Shown here in pieces: positions 53,885 through 64,000 of a DNA stretch of 64,000 bases; positions within the stretch are counted from its first letter, which is position 1, and each line of letters begins with the position of its first letter. A model generated the notes under the pieces. It had not been told where the DNA came from, ran no database searches, and saw only the letters and a program-made list of their open reading frames with translations. The position numbers and the translations under genes are program-made. This stretch comes from Malacoraja senta (lineage: Eukaryota). The stretch covers positions 62,001 through 126,000 of the forward strand of contig JAXLNO010005813.1 of the NCBI GenBank assembly GCA_038087875.1. The letters run 5' to 3'.

Positions 53885-54355
53885 AAAAAGAGCTTGCATT
53901 TATAGCACTTGGCATATCAATTAATCACCACACAACTGCTCCTGATAATTAGTTCATACGATGGACGTTTAGAAGGACAACTCATGACTGACCCATATCA
54001 AAACAGTTTTGAAAGAAAATGCTGCTGATTTAATTAAGATAATATGTTTTGTCATTCTGTTGAATATCTCATGTTCAAATGTTTTTTGCCATTGTTTGTC
54101 AGTATAGACCTGTCATTAGCGACTTTGAGTCCTGAAAAGCACTATATAAATAAAATCTATTATTATTATTATTATTAATTTATACACAGCAAGCCCTCGC
54201 AAACAGCATGAGATAAATGCTCTGTGTTAAGTGGTGTTGAGGGGTTCATCGAGGAATATTGGAAACACACTCAAGTCGGCATGTCACGGATCTTTGACCT
54301 CCACCCCAGCAGCATCAGCATCTCTGACCATGAAACAGTTCCTCAATACCACGAT
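53885..54355 (-). mobile_element. Old Deu-domain SINE relic interrupted by a chimeric insert at ~53960..54177
   Basis: cttgcatttatagcac (tail) and aatttatacacagcaag...caaacagcatgagataa...ggatctttgacctccacc (body). Confidence 0.55.
54100..54177 (+). mobile_element. L2-type LINE 3' tail
   Basis: agcgactttgagtcctgaaaagcactatataaataaaatctat(tat)n, a typical L2 3' end. Confidence 0.7.
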
Positions 54356-54593
54356 GAAGTAAACCAAAAGCAAAATGGTGCAGATGCTGAAAGTCCGCAA
54401 TGGGAAAAGAGAAATCTGGATATATTCATTAGGTCAGGCAGCATATGCGGAGAGAGAAACAGAGATAACATTTCACACTGGCTACTTTTCGTCAGAAGTG
54501 GTAAATGATGCAACTTTAAATTGAGCAGAGGAGTGCCCAAATTGGCTATAATGTCATTTTGATTTCAATAGTTCTTGATGATCATGGTGACAT

Positions 54594-54691
54594 GTCTGAA
54601 GAAGGGTCTCGACCCGAAACATCACCCATACTTTCTCTCCATAGATGCTGCCTGTCCACCTGAGTTACTCCAGCATTTTGTGTCCTCCTTC
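54594..54691 (+). mobile_element. PLE pLTR with near-intact hammerhead core
   Basis: gtctgaagaagggtctcgacccgaaacatcacc; imperfect TSD gatc[a/c]tggtgacat. Confidence 0.85.
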
Positions 54692-56159
54692 GATCCTGGT
54701 GACATCGTGGAAACAGGATGTTATGGACATACTCAAATGTTTGTTATTGTACATTTGGTCCCATCAACACATGTTTTCTATTTGATCACAAACTACCAAA
54801 TGACCAAATGACCCTCTATCACCATCAGCCTAATGCACAATACCCAGGGCCACCTCGTCTACCCCCAATCTCGCTTAAGTTATCTCACCTATCCAAACCC
54901 ATCCCCGCCATGTGCAGATAAGCCCAACAACAAATGTCAAACAAAGGCACAAAGTGCTGGAGTAACTCAGCAGATCAGGCAGATCTCTGGAAAACATGGA
55001 TAGGCAACTTTTCAGGTCGGGATTCTTTTTCAGACGTCTTTTTGTTAACCAGCTTCTGCAGTTACTTGTGTCACCAATAAGGCAGAAACTTCCCATCATC
55101 CCATTTCCTACCATCCTCCTGAATCATCTGTTTGAACATCTCAACCAAACATCCTGGGAATCTCATCAAATGGTTTAATCAACATCTCTCCAATCACATG
55201 CCAAGTGCCCAGGACCCTCTGATCAGCACTAGTGTCACAAATGTCTGACCACCTACCCACTCCCATCATCTGTCTTTCCTCCATCTTGATAACTTGCCTG
55301 ACCATCACTTTGCCAATCATCTGCCTGGCCCTACCCCAGTTGACCAACCCACCTCAGTCTGTAGTCAATTCCCCAGTCAATCGATCAACCACCGCTCCTA
55401 ATAAAATCCACACCAACCCCTCCATCGTTGCTCAAATCCTAACTCCCTATCTCTCTGATACCACAAGACCACCTGCCTGATTTGTGCAATGAACCACCAA
55501 ATCATCTGTGTAAGCATCTCAATTGATCACCTAACTGACATTACCCTCCCTTGATCATCAGCTCAACACTCCCCCAACCACCCAGAACCCACACAACATG
55601 CAGCCATGCACCTCCACCTTCTCTGATGATCTGGTCTATATTCTGTACTGACTATCCCTTCTCTTCTTACTCACTGGGGATGAATCTTGATACTGTTCGG
55701 GTCGGCCACTGATTCCAAATCAGGGCCTTTTCTTTAGCCTTATGAGTCGATGCATACCTATGAATTGTGCTGGGAATAATCAGAAAGCCATTTTCTGATG
55801 CACATTTTTTAAATGATTTTCACTGCCCTTGAGTTATATCTGTGGTTGGTTTTGAGCCAAAGGTTGACATAATGCTTATTACATACTTTAAGCAGACTTG
55901 AGTTTGTGAAGGTCAAGAAAATGTTCTTCGTCTGGGAATGTTGCCAAACTTGGGCATTGGAGATGGAGCAGCCGAGAGCAGGAGATGCTTGTTAGAAGAC
56001 GGTGGTGGAAGAAAGGCTGCAGGAGGCCTGAGTCTGTGGTCATCAGGAGCAGAATATCGAGCATGAACCTCTTGGAGGTGCAGTGTGTGAATACGCAGGC
56101 TCAGAAACCTGCATCACCTGTCGAAATGGGAACTAGTGCTCACAGCAGGGAAATATCGG

Positions 56160-56844
56160 CAATAGACAATAGACAATAGACAATAGACAATAGGTGCAGG
56201 AGTAGGCCATCCGGCCCTTCATGCCAGCACCGCCATTCAATATGATCATGGCTGATCATCCACAATCTGTACCCCGTTCCTGCCTTCTCGCCATATCCCC
56301 TGACTCCACTATCTTTAAGAGCTCTATCTAACTCTGAGAATTGGCCTTCACTGCCTTCTGAGGCAGAGAATTCCACAGATTCACAACTCTCTGGGTGAAA
56401 AAGTTTTTCCTCATCTCCGCTAACCCTTATTCTTAAACTGTGGCTCCTGGTTCTGGATTCCCCCAACATCGGGAACATGTTTCCTGCCTCTGGCATGTCC
56501 AATCCCTTAATAATCTTATGTTTCAATAACATTCCCTCTCATCCTTCTAAATTTCAGAGTATAAAAACCCAGCCGCTCCATTCTATCAACATATGACATT
56601 CCCGCCATCCCGGGAATTAACCTTGTGAACCTATGCTGTACTCCCTCATTAGCAAGAATTTGGACACCAAAACTGCACACAATACTCCAGGTGTGGTCTC
56701 ACCAGGGCCCTGTACAACTGCAGAAGGACCTCCTTGCTCCTATACTCAGCTCCTCTTGTTATGAAGGCCAACATGCCATTAGCTGTCTTCACTGCCTGCT
56801 GCATGCTTACTTTCAGTGACTGATGAACAAGGACCCCAAGATCT
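56160..56844 (-). mobile_element. CR1 3' fragment with internal deletions
   Basis: ORFs 56140..56532 and 56649..57005 contain KTANGMLAFITRGAEYRSKEVLLQLYRALVRPHLEYCVQFW. (AATAGAC)n tail at 56160..56190. Confidence 0.92.
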
Positions 56845-56855
56845 AATGATAATAA

Positions 56856-57169
56856 GGGTGGCATGGTGGCGCAGCGGTAGAGCTGCTGCCTTGCAGTGCC
56901 AGAGATCAGGGGTCGATCCTGACCACAGGTGCAGTCTGTACGGAGTTTGTACGTTCTCCCCGTGACCAACGTGGTTTTTCTCCGGGAGCTCCGGTTTCGT
57001 CCCATACCTCAAATGCACCCAGGTTTGTAGTCTAATTGGCTTGGTATAATTGTAAATTGTCCCTAGTGCGTGTAGGATAGTGTTAGTGTGCGTGGATCGC
57101 TAGTCGGCATGAACTCGGTGGGCCGGAGGGCCTGTTTCAGCGCCATATCGTTAAAACTAAAAAACTAAA
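56856..57169 (+). mobile_element. HE1-like V-SINE
   Basis: gggtggcatggtggcgcagcggtagagc A-box head, V domain and aaactaaa tail. Confidence 0.9.
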
Positions 57170-57942
57170 TACCATGGCTACAAAGTGCTTCCATACTGGC
57201 TCTAGCAACATCAGTCAGTTTGCAGTGCAGGATTGATCTGGCACTCCATTCATGCCCAATTTACAAATGTATCTATTTTCCCGAGTAGAAACAAGAAGAG
57301 TGAGTATTGTGATTTGACCCTAATATGAGGCTCCCTCGGGTCCAGGGTTTAACACACTACATGCTCATGGTTGGATGTACACATCTTCACATCAAACAAT
57401 CCAGCATTCTATTCCCTTGGAGTGTGACTTGTTCAGTATAGGAGGCAGCAGTGATGTAGGCCTGTGCCTTGTTTCCTTCCAACAGTGGTGCTGCTCACTT
57501 ACTATGCATTCCTCAATCCCCCTTTATGTCATCCAGATATAATGTGACCAATGTTGCAAAAGAGGTTCAGATCAAGGAAACCTCTGGCACCCTTACTGAA
57601 TCATTCTGCTACTTGGTCAGCTCAGTAGGAGACTTTCAGTATGCACCCATGTGCTAAGATTTAGAACCTTCTATTACTCAGCTCACAACCTTACTCTCTT
57701 GTTGTGGATCCTAATTACTCAAAGACATCTTTATCTACCTAGATTTCATAGAGTCATGCAACATGGAAACAGGCCCGTTGACCCAATTTGCCCATGCTGC
57801 CCAAGATAACCCACCTACGCTAGTACCACCTGCCCACATTTGGCCCATTTTCCTCCAATCCTTTCCTTTCCATGTTGCTGTCCAATTCTCCCCATATATT
57901 TTTTTCAATTCAGATCAGCTTAATACATAATTAGTTGAACAC

Positions 57943-58115
57943 GGCGGGTGAGGCAGCATCTATGGAGCGAAGGAATAGGTGACGGTCTGAAGAAGGGTCT
58001 CGACCCGAAACGTCACCTATTCCTTCGCTCCATAGATGCTGCCTCACCCGCTGAGTTTCTCCAGCATTTTTGTTTACCTTTGATTATTCCAGCATCTGCA
58101 GTTCTTTCTTAAAAC
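57943..58115 (+). mobile_element. PLE mini-element: inverted partial pLTR plus full pLTR, 13-bp TSD
   Basis: TSD attagttgaacac at 57930..57942 and 58116..58128; perfect ~41-bp inverted arms around the hammerhead core. Confidence 0.9.
57984..58017 (+). ncRNA. Minimal type I hammerhead ribozyme motif (best copy)
   Basis: GGT-CTGAAGA-A-GGGTCTCGACCC-GAAA-CGTC-ACC gives core CUGANGA and GAAA, stem II GGGU/ACCC, loopless palindromic stem III ACGU, GUC cleavage triplet and stem I GGU/ACC. Activity is untested. Confidence 0.7.
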
Positions 58116-58301
58116 ATTAGTTGAACACAGATCTTGTATCTCTATAGTGTTGTAGCGCATGGTATTTGCATTACAGCAGACATCATGTGAGATTCAGGAA
58201 ATTAAACAGCAAATCAAAGACTAGTGGAATATTGAGTAGTGCACAGAATGACTGCAAACTAAAGAGGCACAGTGATATATCCACTGGTTATATCACTCTG
58301 A

Positions 58302-58565
58302 AGAGATAAGGAACTGCAGATGCTAGTTTACAAAAAACACAAACTGCTAGTTTTTCAAAGGAGAATCAAAGAGCCCAGACACCTTCCTGGTGGGGACTGA
58401 TGTTGTAAAGGGACTGGGCATCCATGGTAAAGATGAGGAAATGGAGCCTTGGAATTGGAAGAAGAGCATTTGAGCTGTCCCGACCCTAAACATTACCTAA
58501 CCAGTCCTTTAGAGATGCTGTGTAACCCATTGAGCTTCTCCAGCACTGTTTGTGGTCTACGACTC
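58302..58565 (-). mobile_element. Internally deleted Penelope-like element: RT fragment between inverted pLTR pieces, 11-bp TSD
   Basis: 58440..58351 reads FLIFTMDAQSLYNISPHQEGVWAL*FSFEK, the PLE RT motif TMDVxSLYTxIPH. TSD tatcactctga at 58291..58301 and 58566..58576. Confidence 0.85.
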
Positions 58566-58691
58566 TATCACTCTGACAGGTGATTTATTGACATCTGCCA
58601 TGAACATCTTGAAGGGAATAACATCAGTTGAAGATAATAGTCACTAAACAAATATAAACCAGCCAAACAAAATAAAAAAATTTCGGACATG

Positions 58692-58982
58692 TAGTTTTAG
58701 TTTTAGAGATACAATGCAGAAACAAGCTCTTTGGACCAGCAATCCCTACACATTAATGCTATCCTACACACACTAGGGACAATTTACAATTTTTTCAAGC
58801 CAATTTGCCTACAAACCTGTACGTTTTCGGAGTGTGGAAGGAAACCAGAGCGCTCGGAGAAAACCCACGCAGGTCACGGAAGAACGTACAAACTCTGTAC
58901 AGACAGCACCTGTAGTGAGGATCAGAGCTGGGTCTCTGGCATTGTAAGGCAGCAACTCTACCGCTGCGCCACTGTGCCACCC
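58692..58982 (-). mobile_element. HE1-like V-SINE
   Basis: Same organisation on the minus strand. Confidence 0.88.
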
Positions 58983-59316
58983 ATATGGTTGACCGACATA
59001 AAGAAATTAAGAGAAAAGTATTGTGGGGTCCTTGACTGTTACATTGGAAATACATAACAAGATGTGAATGAGATCAGTGGAGAAAGCTGATGGACTGGAT
59101 ATCATACAGAGAGAGAGATCTTTGCTTTGCTAGAGGGGAGAGGTCAGTTATTGTGGGTTCCACACAATTCCCACATGTGACACTGACAGGCAGACTGGAA
59201 ATGCACTCCGTGAGATCATAATCTTCCTTCCCCGCTGATGCTTTTTGTTGTCTTGCACTACTTTTTTTCAACAGAGCTGGCTGTTGCCTGTATGACAATT
59301 GACAATGGTAGACACA

Positions 59317-59401
59317 AAATGCTGGAGTAACTCAGCGGGACCAGCAGCATCTCTGGAGAGAAGGAATGGGTGACGTTTCAGGTCGAGACCCTTCTTGAGA
59401 C
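59317..59401 (-). mobile_element. PLE pLTR
   Basis: Imperfect TSD tgacaa[t/a]tgacaatg. Confidence 0.85.
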
Positions 59402-60245
59402 TGACAAATGACAATGATTGACTATTGGCTGAGGTCAATCACACAAAGCGTTCGCGAAGCAATTAGTGACATCAATGAAAACAGGTCCAAGCTGGCATTT
59501 GAAGTTCCAATTTACATGCTAATCTAAAATCAATATTATATTACCTCAATGGCACTGTGATGACTGCAATAATTACATAGGATGAGAATTTACTGCAACT
59601 AGTGAGACTTAATCTTGCCATTTAATTTCCATTGTTAAATTGCTGCAAGTTGTATACAATGAAGATTTAGCACCTTCAAAGCACCACATATCTCCTCTGG
59701 TAAATAGACTGAAGATTCGTTCATGAGCAGCAAAGAATCTGAACCATGATGGAAAAGCAAATTCATTGCCAAATCATGTTCTCAGGAAATGTAATGGAGG
59801 GGACAAAAACATTGATTCAGAAAAAAGGAAAAAAAGAAAAACTAACGTAAAGCAATTAAAATCAGAAGAAAGGCAATTCCGTAGAGATAAAAGTTCTGTT
59901 TTAATGCTGGAGAGGTTGTTTGGCAGTAATCATGGCATTACGCTAATTGGGATGAATATGCCCTTCTGTAAGAAGGAACTGCCCATACTCCGAAGATAGA
60001 CACAAAATGCTGGAGTAATTCAGTGGGTCAGGCAGCATCTCTGGAGAAAAGGAATAGGTCGAGACTCTTTTTCAAACAAAGAGTACATTTCAGACAAAGA
60101 GTACATTAATTAATGAATGCATTTAGTCCATATCTATAGCTTGTGAACAGAGGACCTGGACACCCATGTAACAATAGATTGGGAAGTCAGGGGTGAGATG
60201 CTATTTTTTCATAGTTTAGTGTTGAGCATCACATCTCAGTAGTTA

Positions 60246-60493
60246 AGGGCTTGTCCCACTTTCACAACCTAATTCACGACCTTTTTTACTCGTGGATATT
60301 TTTCATCATGTTAGAAAAAACGCCCTGACCTACTTGAAGTCACGAGTACCTACATCTAGCATCACGGCCTGCTACGACCTACCTACGACCTCCCACGCCC
60401 TCCTACGACCTCGTGACGACCATGCTGCGAATATGAGTCAAGGGCAAACTCGGCAGAGGTCGTGAATTAGGTCGTGAAAGTGGGACAGGCCCT
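60246..60493. mobile_element. MITE, PIF/Harbinger-type (248 bp)
   Basis: About 36-bp TIRs agggcttgtcccactttcacaacctaattcacgacc / ggtcgtgaattaggtcgtgaaagtgggacaggccct; TTA on both flanks; internal (ctacgacc) repeats. Confidence 0.88.
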
Positions 60494-60643
60494 TTACTTC
60501 CAGATTGGCACATTTAGCTATGCAAATATGTTCACCAGAAGTTGCAGTGTCATTTAAGTATAAACAATGATAAGCTGCTTATGAATTATCATTAATTTTA
60601 AACTAAATCCATTTGTTTTATTTCAGAATTCCCAACATAATAT

Positions 60644-61000
60644 GCCGGGTGGCGCCAGCATTGGCTGCTCTGCCAACAGTCTGCCTGTCCCTTCCTTCTT
60701 TGTGTTTTAATAGTATGTGTTGAATGTATGGTTTTAGTATTCTTTAGCTTGTTTTATTTGGGGGGGGGACGGAGCGGGAGGTGGGGGGGGAGGTTGGGTG
60801 GGGAAAGGGGGGAGGGGTTGGGGAAAACTTTTTCTAATCTCTTACCTCAACGGATATATCATCACAGTGAGGAATATGGGGAATCCACTGTGGTGGATGT
60901 TTATGATACCTATAATTTAGTTGTGTGTCTTGTTGCTTTTTTTCGTATGGCAATGCACATACCACTGAACCTTAATTGGTACATGTGACAATAAAATACC
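60644..61000 (+). mobile_element. Unclassified non-autonomous retroelement with a Rex1/Babar-like 3' end
   Basis: GC-rich head gccgggtggcgccagc, internal G-tracts, and an end gtacatgtgacaataaa resembling the 3' end at 11345. Confidence 0.5.
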
Positions 61001-61156
61001 TGTGAAACCTTTGAGAGTAAAAACCTAGTTGCAAGAAAGTCTAATATTTGTAATTGCTGATGTTTGTACTCGTTTAATCTCTTATTTTATGATGTTGTAG
61101 AATAGCTTTTTTCTTTAACCAATACATTTAACCTGGAATATTCAATGTGTAGCAGA

Positions 61157-61489
61157 GTGTGGCATAGTGGCGCAGCGGTACGCTTGCTGCCTCACAGCGC
61201 CTGTGGCCAGGGTTCAATCCTGACCTCAGGTGCTGTATGTGCGGAGTTTGCACATTCTCCATATGATCATGTAGCTTTTATCCAGGTACTCCGGGTTCCA
61301 CCCACAACCCAAAGACATAAAGGTTTGTAGGTCAATTGGCCACTGTAAATTGTTCCTGGTGTGTAGGGAGTGGGTGGGAAAGTTGGATAACATAAACCTG
61401 GGGTGATTGGGGAATCGATCATCAGCATTGATTCGATGGACTGAAGGGCCTGTTTTCATGCTGTATCTCTAAACTAAAATAAACTAAAA
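61157..61489 (+). mobile_element. HE1-like V-SINE
   Basis: gtggcatagtggcgcagcggta...ggttcaatcc, V domain, gggcctgttttcatgctgtatctctaaactaaa. Confidence 0.9.
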
Positions 61490-62410
61490 GCTTATGAGAG
61501 GAAACACAATAATCATTTTCTAAGCCCTACTTACTACAGGGTCTTTGTACTGCAAATACATACAGCAGCACTTTAGAAAATCGGTCTCATTGTTATTGCA
61601 CACATTTTACAACATGATATGCACCCCTCCCCCATTCGCTAGTTGTGAACCAAAGCATGCTGAATGTGAAGATTTTCAGGTCTCATTAGTTGCAAAGCGT
61701 CGAAGAGGAATTGGATTTTAGATTTCAATCCAAATCTTAGCTGGTAATCGACCTGAAACTCTCTGACCCACTTGAATATGTTTCAGTTTCTAATCTGCTC
61801 TGTCAGACATAAAGACAACAGATGCTTGCAATGATTCTGCAAGGGATAGCAGCTTTACACTCTGTACAAGGACCATAAATCTTCCTTTATATTGAATGCC
61901 TAGCTGTTCCTCATGATAATACCACCGGAGAAACAAAACTTCAGCTGAAATCATTTGGTCGGATGCCAAACGGAGCCAAAACTGGAGATATAAAATTGCT
62001 CAAGTGTGGTGGCAATATGAGTTTCTGATAGATGGGGGTGGGGGGAGATGAGAAGAAGGAATAATTCTTCCTGAAAGAACCCATTAAACGCTAGCCCAAA
62101 CTAAGTGGTTTGTTTTGTACTTTCATACACAGAACCTTTTTTTTATTCATACATTTAACAGCAGGATTTCTTTTTTTCTTTGTTTTATGCATCAAAAGGC
62201 AAGCTTTAAAGTAAAATATTTTCTGCTTCATTTAGCTCAGGAGAAAAAAAACACAACAGCGGGGTGTTGTGAAAGGAATGCACCAGTGATCACTCTCTAG
62301 CAATCAATAGCTGCCTTCAGTGACTGACGGGCAACTACTCTGAACTGTTTTTGATCTCTCTGTGCAGATGACACTAGCAAATTAATTCAAAGACCAAAGC
62401 GATTCCTTTA

Positions 62411-62719
62411 TGAGCCTGTCCCACTTAGGGGATTTTTTAGGCAACTACAGGCGACTAATTTGTCGCCACATGTTCGCCGGTGGTCGCCGGGAGTAGTCTC
62501 CGCAGTCGCTCAAAAAGTCGTGGCGCCTATCTGGTCGCAGCTACATTTTCAACATGTTGAAAATCTTTCGGCGACAGTGGGCTTGACGCCAATGAGCGTA
62601 GCTTCACTTCTCCTGATGTAGGTGCTGTCGTAGGTTGTCGCCGGTTTTTCGGCGACCTGCTATGATTGTGACAGTCGCCGGCAGTTGCCTAAAAAAAAAA
62701 CCCAAGTGGGATAGGCCCA
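62411..62719. mobile_element. MITE, PIF/Harbinger-type (~309 bp)
   Basis: TIRs tgagcctgtcccactt...ttttaggcaact / agttgcctaaaa...aagtgggataggccca; flanks TTA and TAA; CpG-rich gtcgcc repeats. Confidence 0.85.
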
Positions 62720-62809
62720 TAAGTTTAGGTTTCTGCTGCAAGTAGAGAACAAAGGATCCTAAGTGGAGACATTGGTTTGGGATCTTATCCTTTAGCTGCT
62801 TTTCTACAT

Positions 62810-63199
62810 GCAAGAAGGAACTGCACATGCTGGTTTACACCGAAGATAGGCACAAAATGCTGGAGTAACTCATAAGGTCATGAGGTCATAAGTAATAGGA
62901 GCAGAATTAGGCCATTCGACCCAACTCTGCCATTCAATCATGGCTGATGTATCTTCCCTTCCTAACCCCATTCTTCTGCCTTCTCCCTATAACCCCTGAC
63001 ACCCATACCAATCGATTCAACAGGTCAGGCAGCATCTCTGGAGAAAGGAAATAGGTGACGCACCAGACTAAGACCTATTGTAGCCTGATAAAGGGCCTCA
63101 ACCCAAAACATCATCTATTCCTTTTCTCCGGAGATGCAGCCTGACAGCTGCTGAGATGCTGCCTGACCTGTAGAGTTACTCTGGTTTTTTTGTGTCTAT
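62810..63199. mobile_element. PLE mini-element carrying a nested CR1 tail
   Basis: pLTR motifs in both orientations with a CR1 3' end at 62871..63012. Confidence 0.8.
62871..63012 (-). mobile_element. CR1 3' end inserted within a PLE mini-element
   Basis: cataaggtcatgaggtcataag tail plus ggccattcgac...tcatggctgat splits the PLE motif ggagtaactca|...caggtcaggcagcatc. Confidence 0.8.
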
Positions 63200-63540
63200 G
63201 GTTGGGATGAAGTACACTGCACTATCCAATCAAAAATGTTGTTTTTAACTCTTGATCATATTACTTTCAGTCAATTGATGTTGGCCTGAAGGTTTTGGTC
63301 TGTTAAGTAGAACTGGTATTGCATTCTGTGCTTTCTTTCTTCAAGCATGTTGGAGTGAATTACACAAAGAACAGAGGAAATCATCTTTGTGGCATGGGTG
63401 CTGGTCATCAACATATTTGGGGAAGATAATAACAATATGAAGAACAATTTAGATGTAATTTTTTTTTCCCAAGTGTTTGTCAATCTACTGTGACCATTTA
63501 ACGTAATAGAATCAGCTTAACTCAACATAGTTATAGAGTC

Positions 63541-63810
63541 AAAGATAAACACAAAATGCTGGATAACTGAGCGGGACAGGCAGTATCTCTGGAGAGAAGG
63601 AGTGGATGACATTTCGGGTTGAGATCCATCCTCAGTGAGAGTTAGGGGAGAGGGAGACATAGAGACATGAAGGGTAAGGTGTTAAAACACTGATCAAAGA
63701 AATGTAGAATGTTACATTGTTCGCTGAGGGAAGGTGACAACAAGTCATACAATGAGTAATATTTAATCAGGAAGACAATGAAACTAGTCAAAGAACTAGG
63801 ATGGGAGAGA
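63541..63810 (-). mobile_element. PLE pLTR plus internal purine-rich region, inserted in a CR1 tail
   Basis: cacaaaatgctggataactgagcgggacaggcag... continues into a non-pLTR body; a CR1 tail catagtcgtacaatgtggaaacaggcc follows. Confidence 0.75.
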
Positions 63811-64000
63811 GACATAGTCGTACAATGTGGAAACAGGCCTTTCGGCCCAACATGCAGGCCTTTCCTTCCACTTACAGCTGTTTAAGAAAATAAATGTATT
63901 TAAAGTGTGACATTATTCAAAATTATCATCCTCGAGACTGAATGCATCTTAAGGAAGGCTCCCAACTGCTTCTATGGCAGAACCTGTGCTGAACAAATGG

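Larger units (their letters stand above)
55940..57700 (+). mobile_element. Fossil PIF/Harbinger transposase 3, split by a CR1 and a V-SINE
   Basis: N-terminal RSRISSMNLLEVQC..RLR (ORF 55985..56179); ISQFAVQ at 57210..57230; PRVQG at 57334..57348; GCTHLHIK at 57373..57396; RYNVTNVAKEVQIKETSGTLTESFCYLVSSVGDFQYAP in ORF 57469..57657 (~RYNxxHxxTRxxIExTIGxLKxRFRCLDxSGGxLQYxP). Confidence 0.8.

Noticed and set aside
2940-63810. Recurrent ~30-130-bp motif as a CRISPR-like array or as DNA-transposon MITEs
   Set aside because: Copies are dispersed, variably truncated and inverted, have long variable TSDs, and one contains Penelope RT. There is no regular repeat-spacer period and no cas gene.

Overview
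Vertebrate, AT-rich, repeat-dense non-coding DNA. The retroelement content (HE1-like V-SINEs, HER1/CR1 LINEs, Deu-domain SINEs) points to a cartilaginous fish, probably a skate or ray (inference). I could not support any cellular protein-coding gene or tRNA/rRNA gene. About 73% of the window is one giant inverted repeat: 1..22629 is the reverse complement of 23260..46747, around a 200-N gap plus 430 bp of CR1. The arms differ by scattered SNPs and indels and by a young 817-bp L1 insertion present only in the right arm. The repeat is therefore either an inverted haplotig (false duplication, my preferred reading) or a real palindrome. Other contents: (i) dozens of short, mostly TSD-flanked Penelope-like (PLE) terminal-repeat insertions. 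They carry a minimal hammerhead-ribozyme motif (CTGAAGA-stem-GAAACGTC), and one copy still holds a Penelope RT fragment. (ii) Three, possibly four, heavily decayed PIF/Harbinger transposase fossils, one with a convergent Myb/SANT partner relic, plus two Harbinger-type MITEs. (iii) CR1, Rex1/Babar, L2 and Vingi-like LINE 3' ends. Family assignments come from motif recognition by eye, not database searches, and boundaries of decayed elements are approximate.
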